DNA of 64,000 bases, taken from positions 22,692,001 through 22,756,000 of the forward strand of contig OX597814.1 in NCBI GenBank assembly GCA_951406725.2, written 5' to 3'. This document shows, in pieces, positions 13,337 to 25,360 of this stretch. Numbering within the stretch: position 1 is the stretch's first letter; every line of letters starts with the position of its first letter. The notes under the pieces were generated by a model, which was not told the origin of the DNA, ran no database searches, and saw only the letters and a program-made list of their open reading frames with translations. Source of the DNA: Octopus vulgaris. Its lineage: Eukaryota. The position numbers and the translations under genes were made by a program.

Positions 13337-14087
13337 GATACGTATAAGCATTTGTGCATCTAAATACGTGTACCTTGTGAGGTTGAATCTTTCTTCATAA
13401 ACAATGTAGGGAAGAAAATTTTCTGGATGAATGACTAGAAAAATATACACAAACAGAACCAGAAAACGGATATTTCAAAATGTAATTTCGATGCGTTAAA
13501 GTTAGAGTTTGATATAAATGTTATATAAATATGTTAAAGAGAGTGAATAATAACATATAATAATGAATACTTCTAGGTGCAGATGTAGCGATGATTCCAA
13601 ACACATTTCAGATATCACAGCCAGATCACAATACTTTCACACGATCGGTCAGCGTCGGGCTGTGACATAATTTAATCTTCTAGGATCTTCTTCCTGTAAA
13701 AGGCTGCTTTTGTCGGTAGTTAATAACAGAATGTGGAATCAGTTGAGCGACATGTGCCTCCATTATTCTCAGACTGACGACCAATGCAGAGAGTCTAGAA
13801 CAGATGATCAAGGTCGTCCGTTGCCACGAAGGTAGTGCAGTCAATTTCAGAAATGTTGGGCCGACCGCACGTTTCAGTATAGATAGCTTCCTGTAATTTC
13901 AAAGTAGTATCTCTCTCCCAGTCTGTAATTATTGTTGTTAACTACAAATGGCCAATGCAGATTATCTTTATGCGCAACAATAAATAGACCAGTTAAACAT
14001 TCGCAGGTATTGTTTAAGTTATTTTTTGATGCAGCCAAGAAACATATTTTCAGTCATGGGACGGCAAGCAACCAGCACCCATTAGCG

Positions 14088-14462
14088 ACACAGGCATGAC
14101 TGTGAGATTAAGATACTCGCTTTACAACCTCGTGCTTTCGGGTTCATTATCACTGCTCGACACATTCGAGAAGTGTCTTTAACTATATGCCCGGACCTAC
14201 AAATGATTTGTGAGTTAATTTTGTAATCGGAAGCTGTGTGTACATGTGTATATCTTTGAGTCTTTGTTTCTCCCCACAGCGTTTGAGAACTGGTGTTGGT
14301 TTGTTTTCGTCCACATAAATTCGCGGTTCGGCAGAGAGTTCGATAAAATAAATATGAGACTTCAAAAAGAAAAGTATTAGGATCGGTCTGTTCGACTAAA
14401 ACCTTTTGAGGCTGTCCTCCAGCATGGCTGCATTCCAATTATTGAAACAAAAGATAAAAAAG
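14088..14462 (+). mobile_element. Old degenerate family A SINE
   Basis: Colinear similarity to 8222-8613 (GCGGTTCGGC, TCGACTAAA, CCAGCATGG, TGAAACAA). Confidence 0.75.
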
Positions 14463-15334
14463 ACTTTTGTCAGTATCCATTTTACAAATTTTGAATAACT
14501 CGGCGGAAACAAATATATTTCCACATATATGTAATAGATAACTTAGTTTATATTTGTAATGTAGATAAACATTACAAATGCACCTACAGCAATTAAAATT
14601 GCTTACTATCGTCTTCTTTAGGGCACAAATCTCAGATGGATGGCTGGAGCATAAACTTATTACCTTTGCTATCACCTGGTATTATCATATAATATACATT
14701 ATTTTGTGTGTGTGAGAGAGAGTGTGTGTGTATGTATGTATTATGTATTATTATGTATGTATTTATGTTTATGTGTGTGAATTTTAATGAAACAGATTCG
14801 AAATTTGGGGTTATTAAAAAAGTTTAGTCTTCAGTCAAGAGCATTACTTGTGTGTTACCTATTCTATACAAGATGAAAATTAGGAAAAATTTGTATAATT
14901 CGGATTCAATAAATTTATTTCACAATACTTCGTTGTTATAACCCTGCAACAAGTAAAACTGATGCGGATCTAGCTTGTACCCATTCATTATCAATTCCAA
15001 TTCATTATCATTACTCATGATTACTTGACAACAGAAATAAATTAATGTCGTGTGGTTTCAACTTTGCATCCAGTACCGTACACGTTTCAGAGCTGAATTT
15101 GTTTTTATTCATATTTTATCTTTCATATGAAAAATAGTGCCATTAGCTACAGGCCAATCGCTAGTTAACTGCAAGTCAGTTGCTACAGCAACGAAGAGGT
15201 GTCTGGGCAACGCCAGCGGAACAAGCAAAGTATTTTTATTCGAAAGCCTGGGATCATTGCTTTTCTCCCGATAAGTGAGTAACTTTCGCCGATATTTGTA
15301 TCAGAAAGAGCACCACACACATGTCTATTTACCA

Positions 15335-15590
<256 letters not shown>

Positions 15591-15722
15591 TGTAGTAGAC
15601 ATACAGACAAGGGAATTTAACTATTTCTCAAATTAAAAAATGATGAATAGCCTTAAGCCTTAATCGAATTTCGAACCTTACTGAGTTCTCATTACAGATG
15701 TCTACATCACTTAACCGATGCT

Positions 15723-15723
<1 letters not shown>

Positions 15724-15775
<52 letters not shown>

Positions 15776-15815
15776 ATACATATATACATACATATGCATA
15801 TACATATACATATAC

Positions 15816-15881
<66 letters not shown>

Positions 15882-15912
15882 TTTGTGTGTGTGTGTATGT
15901 ATGTGTGTGTGT
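15724..15912. repeat. (TG)n/(TA)n compound microsatellite
   Basis: Directly visible. Confidence 0.95.
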
Positions 15913-16177
15913 ATATGTATACATATACATACATGGAAAAAGTCAAGGTAGAAAATGCTAAAATAATTTGATAAAACCATTTCACTACCGGTTTCAGTCA
16001 TTGAGACTTTTTCAACTGTAAGTATGGAAAATACAATTTGGAAAAATTAAAAGAAAAAAATTTTTTTAAAAGAATATTTGCACAGTATTCAAATACAAGG
16101 GGCATTTTCCTTGTTTCTGCCAGTCGCTGTCTCAAGTGTTTACTCTTGTTGGCTCGAGGTTGTTACGAATTCTTGGC

Positions 16178-16211
16178 AGAGAAGAAGAAGAAGAAGAAGA
16201 AGAAGAAGAAG

Positions 16212-16243
<32 letters not shown>

Positions 16244-16401
16244 GGAGGAGGAGGAGGAGGAGGAGGAGAAGAAGGAGGAGGAGAAGAAGAAGGAGGAGGA
16301 GGAGAAGAAGAAGAAGAAGAAGAAGAAGAAGAAGAAGAAGAAGAAGAAGAAGAAGAAGAAGAAGAAGAAGAAGAAGGAGGCGGAAGAAGGGGAGAAGAAG
16401 A
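16178..16401. repeat. (GAA)n/(GGA)n polypurine trinucleotide tract
   Basis: Directly visible; source of the poly-K/R/E pseudo-ORFs. Confidence 0.97.
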
Positions 16402-16499
16402 ATGCAAGAGTGCCATGAGAGTAGTAGGATGTTAATTGGTCAAATGCCCTGAAAGTGACTTGTGGATGGTAGTAGTGATTGAATTAATTTATAATAAAT

Positions 16500-16741
16500 A
16501 TATACTTTTATTCTTTTACGTGTTTCAGTCATTTGACTGTGACCATGCTGGAGCACCGCCTAGTACTTATTCTATCGGGCTCTTTTGCCAAACCGCTAAG
16601 TTACAGGTACGTAAACACACCAGCGTCGGTTGTTAGCGATGGTGGGGGACAAACATAGGCACACAAATATAAATAGACGCACACACACACATATATATAT
16701 ATATACATATATACGATGGGCTTCTTTCAGTTTCCGTCTAC
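16500..16741 (-). mobile_element. Family A SINE fragment with internal deletion, 5' part missing
   Basis: Reverse complement of the 3' half of 8222-8613. The segment between GCACCGCC and TAGTACTT that is present at 44990-45035 is deleted here. Confidence 0.8.
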
Positions 16742-17468
16742 TTATTAGGAAATGGATGTGTGGCGTTCAATTAAATAATAAATAATAAATAATATATATA
16801 TATATCCATGACTATATGGGTACAGGACGTCACCGACGGTTCAAAAAACATGAAATACGTAAACAAAGACAAAAAAATGGAGAACAGGACAACTACACAT
16901 AGAGAAAGGACCCTTCATCTGTTGCCGGCTGTCTATCTATTCCTCATTTCGAGCATTAAACCACAATATGAGTCATCAAAGACTGTTGCTTCCATGAATT
17001 CTAAAATTAAATTTAGGATTTATGGAGGATCAATGTTGGGAACAAAAATATGACAGTGGAGACATACAAGGAAACCGAACGAAAACAAACATGGAGTGTC
17101 ATTAGACTAGAACGGTAGAAAACGATTGAAGGCTATGAGGAACATCTTTTTGAAAACCGAAAAGATAGAAGAGAGAGAAAAAACGTCCGCCCTTCTGAAC
17201 GTCCGCCCTTCTGAACGTCCGTGTAGGAAAAGAAAGACAGTCACGTGAGAAAAAGAAAGATGTACGATGGTCACATGTAAGCAACGAGAGAGAGAGAGAG
17301 AGAGAGAGAAAATGCAAAGAGGTGAGAGATAGGGGAGATAGAAGACGGTGAATGAGTTCGAGGAGAAAAGGGAATTAGAGAAGGATGGATGGAGGACGAA
17401 AAGAGCACAGAGAAGAGAGTTGCACTAAAAAAGCGAAGATAAACTTACTTGGAAATGGATTCGTGGCG

Positions 17469-17472
<4 letters not shown>
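16741..17472. mobile_element. Repeat remnant (possibly Penelope-like) bounded by a diverged 29-bp direct repeat
   Basis: CTTATTAGGAAATGGATGTGTGGCGTTCA (16741-16769) versus CTTACTTGGAAATGGATTCGTGGCGCTCA (17444-17472). The family assignment is inference. Confidence 0.4.
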
Positions 17473-17529
<57 letters not shown>

Positions 17530-17652
17530 GTAGTCATTATGAGGATATTTAAATACCTTATAGAGATATTTTTATCCAGGATACACTAGCTTAATATAGT
17601 TTGAAGAGATATTTCTTCATTGAATATATTTTATAAAATATCGTAAAATACG

Positions 17653-18050
17653 AAGTTAGAAAGAGATGTATTGGATACAAATTAATTTATTAATTAATTA
17701 ACATATTCACCTACGATTGTTTCACTTCACATACAAAATTAAAATTACAAAACATATATATATATATAATGTTGCATTTAAAATTTCTTGTATGGAAAAT
17801 CATAAGGGTGTACAAAGGACACTAGAAGGATTACATTAAAATTCGTCGAAACAGATCATAATGTAATACTTGTATTGGTCCTTTGTACACTCTGATGATT
17901 TTCCATAGAAGGTATTTAAAATGAAAAATTATATATCTATATGTTTTGTAATTTTAATTTTGTTTGTGAAATGAAACAATTATTGGTAAATATGTTGATA
18001 AATTAATTTGTATTTGTAATTAATTTGTAGATCTCTCTGTTTTCTAACTT
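17653..18050. repeat. ~400-bp imperfect palindrome, each arm with a decayed Penelope-type hammerhead motif
   Basis: Arms 17653-17838 and 17859-18050 are reverse complements (e.g. GGTGTACAAAGGAC/GTCCTTTGTACAC and ACAAAATTAAAATTACAAAACATATA/TATATGTTTTGTAATTTTAATTTTGT), with a 20-nt spacer. Confidence 0.85.
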
Positions 18051-18079
18051 GATAGTGTGTGTGTGTGTTTTCTAACTTG

Positions 18080-18128
<49 letters not shown>

Positions 18129-18198
18129 TCAAAACAACTCTTAGTTACAAGTAAGCACTTATCTAATGGGAGACAAGCTCCCTACATCAAGCAAGACA

Positions 18199-18248
18199 GA
18201 GCCATATCATCGATGATTTTGGATCTGATTAATCCTCATTAGTGACCC
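18199..18248 (-). ncRNA. Type I hammerhead ribozyme, copy 1 (core mutated, probably inactive)
   Basis: GGGUCA CUAAUGA GGAU-uaaucag-AUCC AAAA UCAUCGAUGA UA|UGGCUC. Stems I, II and III all form, but the core has G5>A and G12>A. Confidence 0.72.
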
Positions 18249-18536
18249 TTACTTGGTTACCGAGGGTTAAAACTTAATACGCCTTGTCAGTTTATAGAAA
18301 ATACCAGAAGAATCATTGGCTGATTCCGTAAATGGTAAAAGTGAAAATTATAAATTATTAAGGTGGCTTTTCGCAATTTACAGCCAAAGGGCACAACCTT
18401 AGTCGTCTCTAAAGAGGCTAAGGGTGCTAGTCAGCACGAACATTGTAAGACATATGAGTCAAAACCACTCTTAGCCACGGGCAAGCACTTACCTAATGAC
18501 TGACAAGGGAGACAAACCCCTACAGCAAGCGAGACA

Positions 18537-18586
18537 AGGCCAGATCATTGATGATTTCGGACTTGATTACTCATCATCAGTGACCC
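18537..18586 (-). ncRNA. Type I hammerhead ribozyme, copy 2 (core intact, stem II weakened)
   Basis: GGGUCA CUGAUGA UGAGUAAUCAAGUCC GAAA UCAUCAAUGA UC|UGGCCU. Canonical CUGAUGA/GAAA/AUC core. Confidence 0.78.
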
Positions 18587-19139
18587 ATACAGGTTGCTGA
18601 AGATTAAAACTAGTCAGTTTATAGAAAATACCAGAAAAATCAGTGGCTGATTCCGTAAATGGTAAAAGTGAAAATTATAAATTATTAAGGTGAATTTTAC
18701 CAATTTACAACCAAAAGGCATAAGAATAATCGTCAATAAAGTGACTAAAGGTGCTATGACATAGTGATGGTAATTCTCCAGGGCAAGTATTGGCCAACAC
18801 TATCATGCCAGGTTTTATATTTTGTAGGAGCAATGACTGAGCAACCGGGAACAATGTGATCAATTCTCTCAAGTTTGTCATTGCAGAGTCTACACCTTTT
18901 GTCTACCTCATTGTGTGTATTATTATTATCATCATTGTTATGCAGCGAGTTGGTAGAGTCACCTGCACGCTGGACGAAATGCTTAGCAGTATTTCACCCG
19001 TCGCTACGATAATTATTAACTGGTAACTGAACGGTAAATGTGTAAAATAAGATCTTAGTGTTATCACATTAGAATTAAAAGTGATAGAATAAAAACGAAA
19101 CTATTATACCACATTACAATATAGATGTTATTGTTTCAC

Positions 19140-19348
19140 TTTTGACACGTAGTGCCGAACCAGTGTTTAAAAGGTTGGCCGAGTCCGCATTAGGCAAGAA
19201 GTTGAAACTTATTTTGGCCCATGACACTCAATGGAAACTAAGTAATGCATGTGTAAAATTTGAATTAAATCGGTTGGATAGTTCTCGAGTTTTACTGATA
19301 GTGATTCACACATACAGACAGACAGACATACATTCTCAGTTTAATATA
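19140..19348 (-). mobile_element. Helitron-like (Lep1/HINE-type) non-autonomous element, 5' region, interrupted by a Tc1/mariner element
   Basis: AAATTTGAATTAAATCGGTTG...(CAGA)n...CAGTTTAATATA. Removing the transposon restores the minus-strand start A|TCTATATATTAAACTG. Confidence 0.5.
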
Positions 19349-20675
19349 CTTGGTGGCCCAAAAGAAGGTTTACAGTTATTCAACTATCGCTTTCGCATTC
19401 ATATATTAACAAAAAAATATGAAACCATTATTCTATGCTAATTTAGTTAATTTTGTTAAGCTCCCTCTTTTAGTTGGAACTTTTTTTAAAGATACTTTAA
19501 AGTGTGAGCCATAGCAAGCAATTTATATCAAGAGCAAAGAAAGTGGATACTAAAGCAGTATTGAAATTTGAAAATGCCGAGCAGGTGCGTACAGCATAGC
19601 AAGAAGCCTTTCATAATCCTCCACCTTCACACCAAACAATTTATCGGATAATAAATAAATTTAATACCACAGGTTCAGTGAGAAATGCACCAAAGTTTGG
19701 ACGCCCTAAGATTTCTGTGACTGTAAAATATGAGATGCTTGTGGCTATGACATTTGTGAACTGCCCAAAGAAGTCCACACGATGTGCTTCTCTAGAACTA
19801 TCCATACCATGAACATCATTGCAGCGCCTAATGCATAAACTGGAATTAAAACCTTTCCGTCCACGACTGGTACAGGGTTTTGGTGGGGACGACCCAGATC
19901 GCCGGCTGGAATTCTGCGAAATAATGCGTGACCAAATTGCTAATGAGCAACCATACTATCTGAATAAAATCATCAGGTCAGATGAGGCTTGCTTCAAATT
20001 ATCTGATCATGTAAATAGGCATAATTGCGTGTACTGGGCTGATGGAAATCCCATTTGACCATAGACTCTCAACCTAACCAGTTTAACATTACAGCTTGGG
20101 GTGCACTTTCAACAGAAGGTATTATGGACCCGTTTTCTTTGATAGAACTGTAAATGGGGAGAACTACATGTAAATGCTTCGTGACGTTGTAGTACCACAA
20201 CTCAGAACAAAGCTAACTTTCAGCAAGATGGAGCACCTCCACATTATGCGTTGACATTAAGCCTTTCCACAGAGCTGGTTTTGAAGACGGGGCAGCATCG
20301 AATGGCCACCACGTTCACATGACCTGATATTAATGGATTTCTTTTTTTTTTTTTGAGATGTTATAAAGAGCAAGATTTATGAGAAGAATCCCAAAACAGT
20401 AAATGAATTAAAGGATTACATTTCTGCCGAATTCACTGAAATTGATGGAGATCGGTATTTGTGCCGCATTGTGTGTCAGAGTGTTCTGAAGAGGTTTGAA
20501 GAATGTTGCAATATTGAAGGAGGACATTTTGAACATCTGAGAGGTTAAACATTGTCTGTTTAAGATGTGTATGAACAATATGATTGTAAGATATAAATTT
20601 AAATGTAATAAAATGTTTTAAATGAAATTTAATGTGCCTGCGTGATAACTGTAAACCTACTTTTGAGCCACTCTG
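19349..20675 (+). mobile_element. Tc1/mariner DNA transposon (DD41D/rosa-like), decayed transposase ~19510-20548
   Basis: TIRs CTTGGTGGCCCAAAAGAAGGTTTACAGTTAT and (reverse complement) CAGAGTGGCTCAAAAGTAGGTTTACAGTTAT, with TA TSD. Motifs PKFGRP, SDEACF..VNRHNCVYW, FQQDGAPPHY and WPPRSHDL..MDFF, with stops and frameshifts. Confidence 0.92.
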
Positions 20676-21899
20676 TATATAGATTATTCAGCAGCAAATT
20701 TCTATCACTGACTTTCTACGCTAATATACGACTAACCAATCGCCCTTTTCATCTACTATTACCTGGAAGTTAAGATTGTCACTCCTTTAAAAATTATGAC
20801 AAAATTGTTATCTTATATCGACATTTAACGATGGAGGATGACAAGGTTGAGCGATTTTATGTGGTATTTAAAAAATTCAAGGTTTTCGTTTCCTACAATT
20901 ATCTTTTATAATTGAGAAGTTAATAATCTGCTTTGGTAAGAAACATTTAAACAAAGGAAATGAGATGTCTTTTCTAGTCTATAAATTTTTGACATTTTAA
21001 AAAAATATAAATTTATTTACGAATGATATATGTATACACTAAAGTTTTTAAAACAAGCAGATAATTTTCCTTATTACCTCCGTAACTTATTGAAGCTATT
21101 TAACCAAATGTGAAGAACCCATCTTTATTACATAGAAAAGAAAAGGAAATTGTATTTAATATGTATTATTTTTACTTGCTGTGTCTACAGGAACGGGCAG
21201 TTTCTATGGCATTCACATTGTGTTTATATCATTTATGCCATTAATGTTCCTCATGAACCTATACACGATAAACACTTGCAGAAAAGATATAAACAGAGAG
21301 AAAATTCCAGAGAACCGATGTTATGAGAAGCAAAGACTGGACATGATAATTAGTGAAATGTCTAGGAAGTTAGATTCAACAAAAGTAACGAGAACAAGAG
21401 AGATGACTAAGTAGGGAATGCCTCCTGAGTGGCAGTGGTATGACCCCAGTTAGATCTAAAGATCAAAGTCTATTAGTGTAGCGATAAAAAAAAAACAGAG
21501 AAATGAAACTGAACGCCTGTGATACAGAGGCTGGAGCACGTCTGTGAACGACTTTACGCGAATCAATTGTGTGACTCTTTTCTGAATACGGTCTCGGCCG
21601 TCTTTGTTTTATATAAATATATTTTCATTGTGCTTATATCATTTTCTTACTTATTTTTTAATGTTTCTTGTTTTCACATCATGTCTCAAATATATCTTCA
21701 ATATAATTAGATACTTATAAGAGTAGCATGTAAACAAATAGTATCACGTATTCTTAAGTTGTCATAAAATATCATTTTACATGAGACCTAATATATATGA
21801 GACATCGAATAGCATCAATTACATTACTTGCTCACAAGATAAAGGACTATACCAACTCTTGGAATTCTAAATTAGATTCCCTGATACCGAACACGATAT

Positions 21900-23100
21900 C
21901 GCCAACTCATTATTCTTAAAATCTTGATTTAGAAATTAGCGCCACTCGAAGTATATACATATTGTATTCAGTCCAAGCATTAAAGTAAACTGCATTTGTA
22001 AGCAATACTGGAAATAATTTTTCTATAAGTACGTTGAAGCACACACATCTTATTCGGAAGAAAGAAGGCATCATCCAGTATTTGTATTGGCTCTCGCAAA
22101 TCGGTGACATCGATGTGGTTACTTTTCTGTCTGAAAGAGTGTAGGTCATTCGTGGAGAAATTGAGTGGGAAAGGAATTCAAGAATGCTGCATGCTCTGGG
22201 AAATTATTTGTGGAAACTGTTTAGTGAGGACTCTTGTACTTTTGTAAGGAAGAAAAGAAGAGCGACGTATACATTAGGTTAGTTGGAGAAAGGTATATCC
22301 AGATTGATAGTTTAGAAGAGTAGAGGCTATGCTAGTATCGGTAGAAACGGCAGAAATGAGCAATACTCCAGCAAATAGTTATAGCTTCTCTAAGTATTTG
22401 TTGAGTCACAATATGTAGCATCAGTAAGTATTTACTAATTAGTCGTACGTTTCCTCTTAGAGGTCGTATGGGTTGTCTGGATGTATAGCACGCGTAGTAA
22501 GACAAACTGAATAAAGTTAAACAATCTGGAAATGGTTTTGTTGAATATAGTTTGTATAGAAATGACTAAGAGAAGAGCAGCAAATACAATTACTTTAACT
22601 GCAGGAGTTTTATATTCCACCTTCATTGAAGCGTACTGGATATAAAGATTCTACAAGCGGAGTTGAGATTCTCTTGCCAGAAGGTTTAACATGAATTTTC
22701 CAGTTGATTTCAGAAGTGATACTTTCCGTTCCTGATCATCGTCTTACAGCTGTTGAAGTAAAGTAAGGGCTAATGATTTTCTTTTCATGACAGGGTCTTT
22801 TTAGTGATTTTGCTTATGTCAAAACAACGGAGGATAGCATATTCAGGAGAATTTTATGAGCTATCTTACTAATTTGTACAAGATGATGTGTTCGTGGGGG
22901 CTCTGGAACAAGAGTTGTTGAACGATAAGAAAGTGTGATGTAGGTTGGTTTTCTTAGGTAGTGAAGAGATGATTAGGCAGCGAAAGACGAAAATTCTGAG
23001 TAACAATATTCAGAGGTTCTGTATGTTGGCTAAGTATAATGGTATAGGAGAATGCTAACTGATATTGACACTTTAAAATGGTTAATCATTTGCTTTCTTC
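21900..23100 (-). mobile_element. Very old Gypsy pol remnant (RT-RNase H)
   Basis: Scattered degenerate motifs in expected order on the minus strand (LPKKT, KLVR, DISKIT, RFNEGGI, HFCRF, YWMMPSFF). Heavily frameshifted. Confidence 0.35.
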
Positions 23101-23534
23101 TGCACCATCAGTTTCACTTCAGTATAAAATAGAAGAAAAGTCGTGAACATTAAATGTATCGAGAATAAAGACTTCGGAGTGATGTGAGTTAAGACAGATA
23201 TACAATGCAATATTGCATTATATCAAATAAGAAACGAAAATGAAATTGTTAAACTTCAGTACATCGAGGATATCATACCTCAATATCTTACATATGTTTG
23301 ATGAACCGACTTCAAGAAAATCAGCTAGGAAAAATTGTAGTAACTTGATTTATGGGGCCATATCTACAGTTATGCATCAACTGCATTTTATTAGTAATAG
23401 CTGTAGACAATTGTTTTATCCTCGGGTCATGCTTGATCGAATAGATTTTATTTTTTATCATTTAGCCTGAAGAAATCAGTGCCCATGACGCTTTGTAGGG
23501 GTACTGCGACTAGTAGAAATAAATTATCTTCAAA

Positions 23535-23831
23535 CGCCAGACGAAATGCTTAGCGGTATTTCGTCTGCTGCTAGTTCTGAGTTCAAATTCCGCCGAGGTT
23601 GACTTTGCCTTTCATCCTTTCGAGGTCGATTAAATAAGTACCAGTTACGCACTGGGGTCGATGTAATCGACTTAATCCCTTTGTCTGTCCTTGTTTGTCC
23701 CCTCTGTGTTTAGCCCATTGTGGGTAGTAAAGAAATAGGTATTTCGTCTGTCTTTACATTCTGAGTTCAAATTTGTCTGTCCTTGTTTGTCCCTTCTATG
23801 TTTAGCCCCTTGTGGGTAATAAAGAAATAAG
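23535..23831 (+). mobile_element. 5'-truncated family B SINE dimer (second unit internally deleted) with 14-bp TSD
   Basis: AAATTATCTTCAAA at 23521-23534 and 23832-23845. Junction AAGAAATAG|GTATTTCGTCTG at 23738/23739. Confidence 0.88.
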
Positions 23832-24169
23832 AAATTATCTTCAAATTAGAGACAAACCCGACTTCTCTAAAGATACCTAACGGCCACAGGCTAACTGTAA
23901 ACTGAGCGACGGATGTAAGCCATGTCTAAATTTGAACTCAGAACTTAGAGGCATATCCTACGATGTTTTAACCTCGTTGTCGGTCAACTACCCCAGACAG
24001 GTGCTTTGTTTATCATCCCCAAAAGAGGAAAGGCAAAGCTGACATCGATAGGATTCGAATACAGAGCGCAAAGCACTGGAATAACTATCATAAGGCATGT
24101 TGTCCGATGCTGTAACGACGCTGCCAAATTTGTCACCACTTCGAAGTTCGCTACTTCTTGAGTTATGAT

Positions 24170-25360
24170 CTCTGATCAAAGGCATTACAACTTTGACCAT
24201 TTCATGCTTTGTGTATCTTTGAAAAAATTATCCAACATGTCCTCCCTTTTTACTGTTTTAGTATGTTATTTGAGAGAAGTTTTGACTATTATTTCTAACA
24301 GGTCGAGCGACTACATAGAAGTTTCTTTGTTGGTTTGCAGTGTAGCAGCAGTATATGTATTAATAACAACAGCAATAGAGAATATGGCAGCAGAGCAACA
24401 AAATATAGCAGTAGTAGTTGTAATCGCGATACAAATGTGTCAGCAGCAGTTACAGAAGATGCAGCAGATTTTGTGACAGCGAAATTTGTAGCAGAATTAG
24501 CAGTAGTCGCAGCTGTCGAAACATTAACATTTCTAGTAGTAGCAACAGGCTTTTGTTGTTTTAATTCTCATCAAGTAGACATGCGACCAAAGGCATTCCT
24601 GCCGTGACCTTCCTTTCTTCCATAGCTATGTACGACTGCATAAACTAATGTGACTTCGTTTAATAAAGCTTGTGATTGAGCGAGAAGTGGCTACTGTTTT
24701 TAACAGGACAAGTTACGACATAAAATCGTTCTTTTTTGACTCATAATATTTCATGTTGATGGTTATAGTTATCAGTGATATTTAGCGCTAAGGCAGCCCT
24801 TAACAAGCAGATCTATGAATAAAGGGACTCCAGCCATGGTCATGCATCCTATTTGTAGATATAATGTATATAGGATAATTTGATTAAATATGTTCCTTTG
24901 TAAGACAGTAGGGTATGAGTTGACGGAGATTTGGCTGTTATTTCTAACCACTCGAGTGTGACTACATTGGGGCTCTCTCATTGGCTGAAACTATAATGGC
25001 TGTTGTTTAGCCATAGGTTAGCTGGGATCTAGTAGGCCTATGGTCAATTACATTTCAGCTATGAGTATCTCGTCTTTATTATAACTAAAACTAAATTGCC
25101 CATCATAATTTTTCTAGCAGTTCAAAGCCGCTTAGAGGCTTCTTTGATATTTCACAGTACTGGTTATTGTTTTAGTTGCTGATGTTTGCATCAGGTAAAC
25201 TCTAACCGAATAGACATATACCGTTTTCTCTGAAGTAACTAGCGCTGCACTATCTAATGAGTCTTTTCCTTTCTTAAAGAACATACGTTGAGAGTTATGA
25301 GAGAAATTTGGTTGCTATTTTTAGGAAGTAAAGAAGCCACGTTGAAATTCGTGCACTGAT
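24170..25360. repeat. Cluster of old degenerate copies of a dispersed repeat, plus a CAG/AGT-rich low-complexity tract (24340-24545)
   Basis: Recurrent (G/T)GCT(G/A)(C/T)TATTTCTA(A/G)CA-like motif near 24285, 24690, 24933 and 25308, also at 38076 and, reversed, near 55120. Confidence 0.55.

Larger units (their letters stand above)
18125..18763 (-). mobile_element. Tandem dimer of ~330-bp units, each with a type I hammerhead ribozyme (non-LTR retrozyme-like)
   Basis: Units start TGAGTCAAAAC at 18125 and 18455. HHR motifs lie at 18199-18248 and 18537-18586 on the minus strand. Confidence 0.75.

Noticed and set aside
16038-16452. Poly-K, poly-R, poly-E and poly-S ORFs
   Set aside because: All frames of a (GAA/GGA)n tract; no splice or domain support.
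18125-18763. CRISPR array or prokaryotic system
   Set aside because: Only two long units, no repeat-spacer structure or cas genes; the window is eukaryotic.
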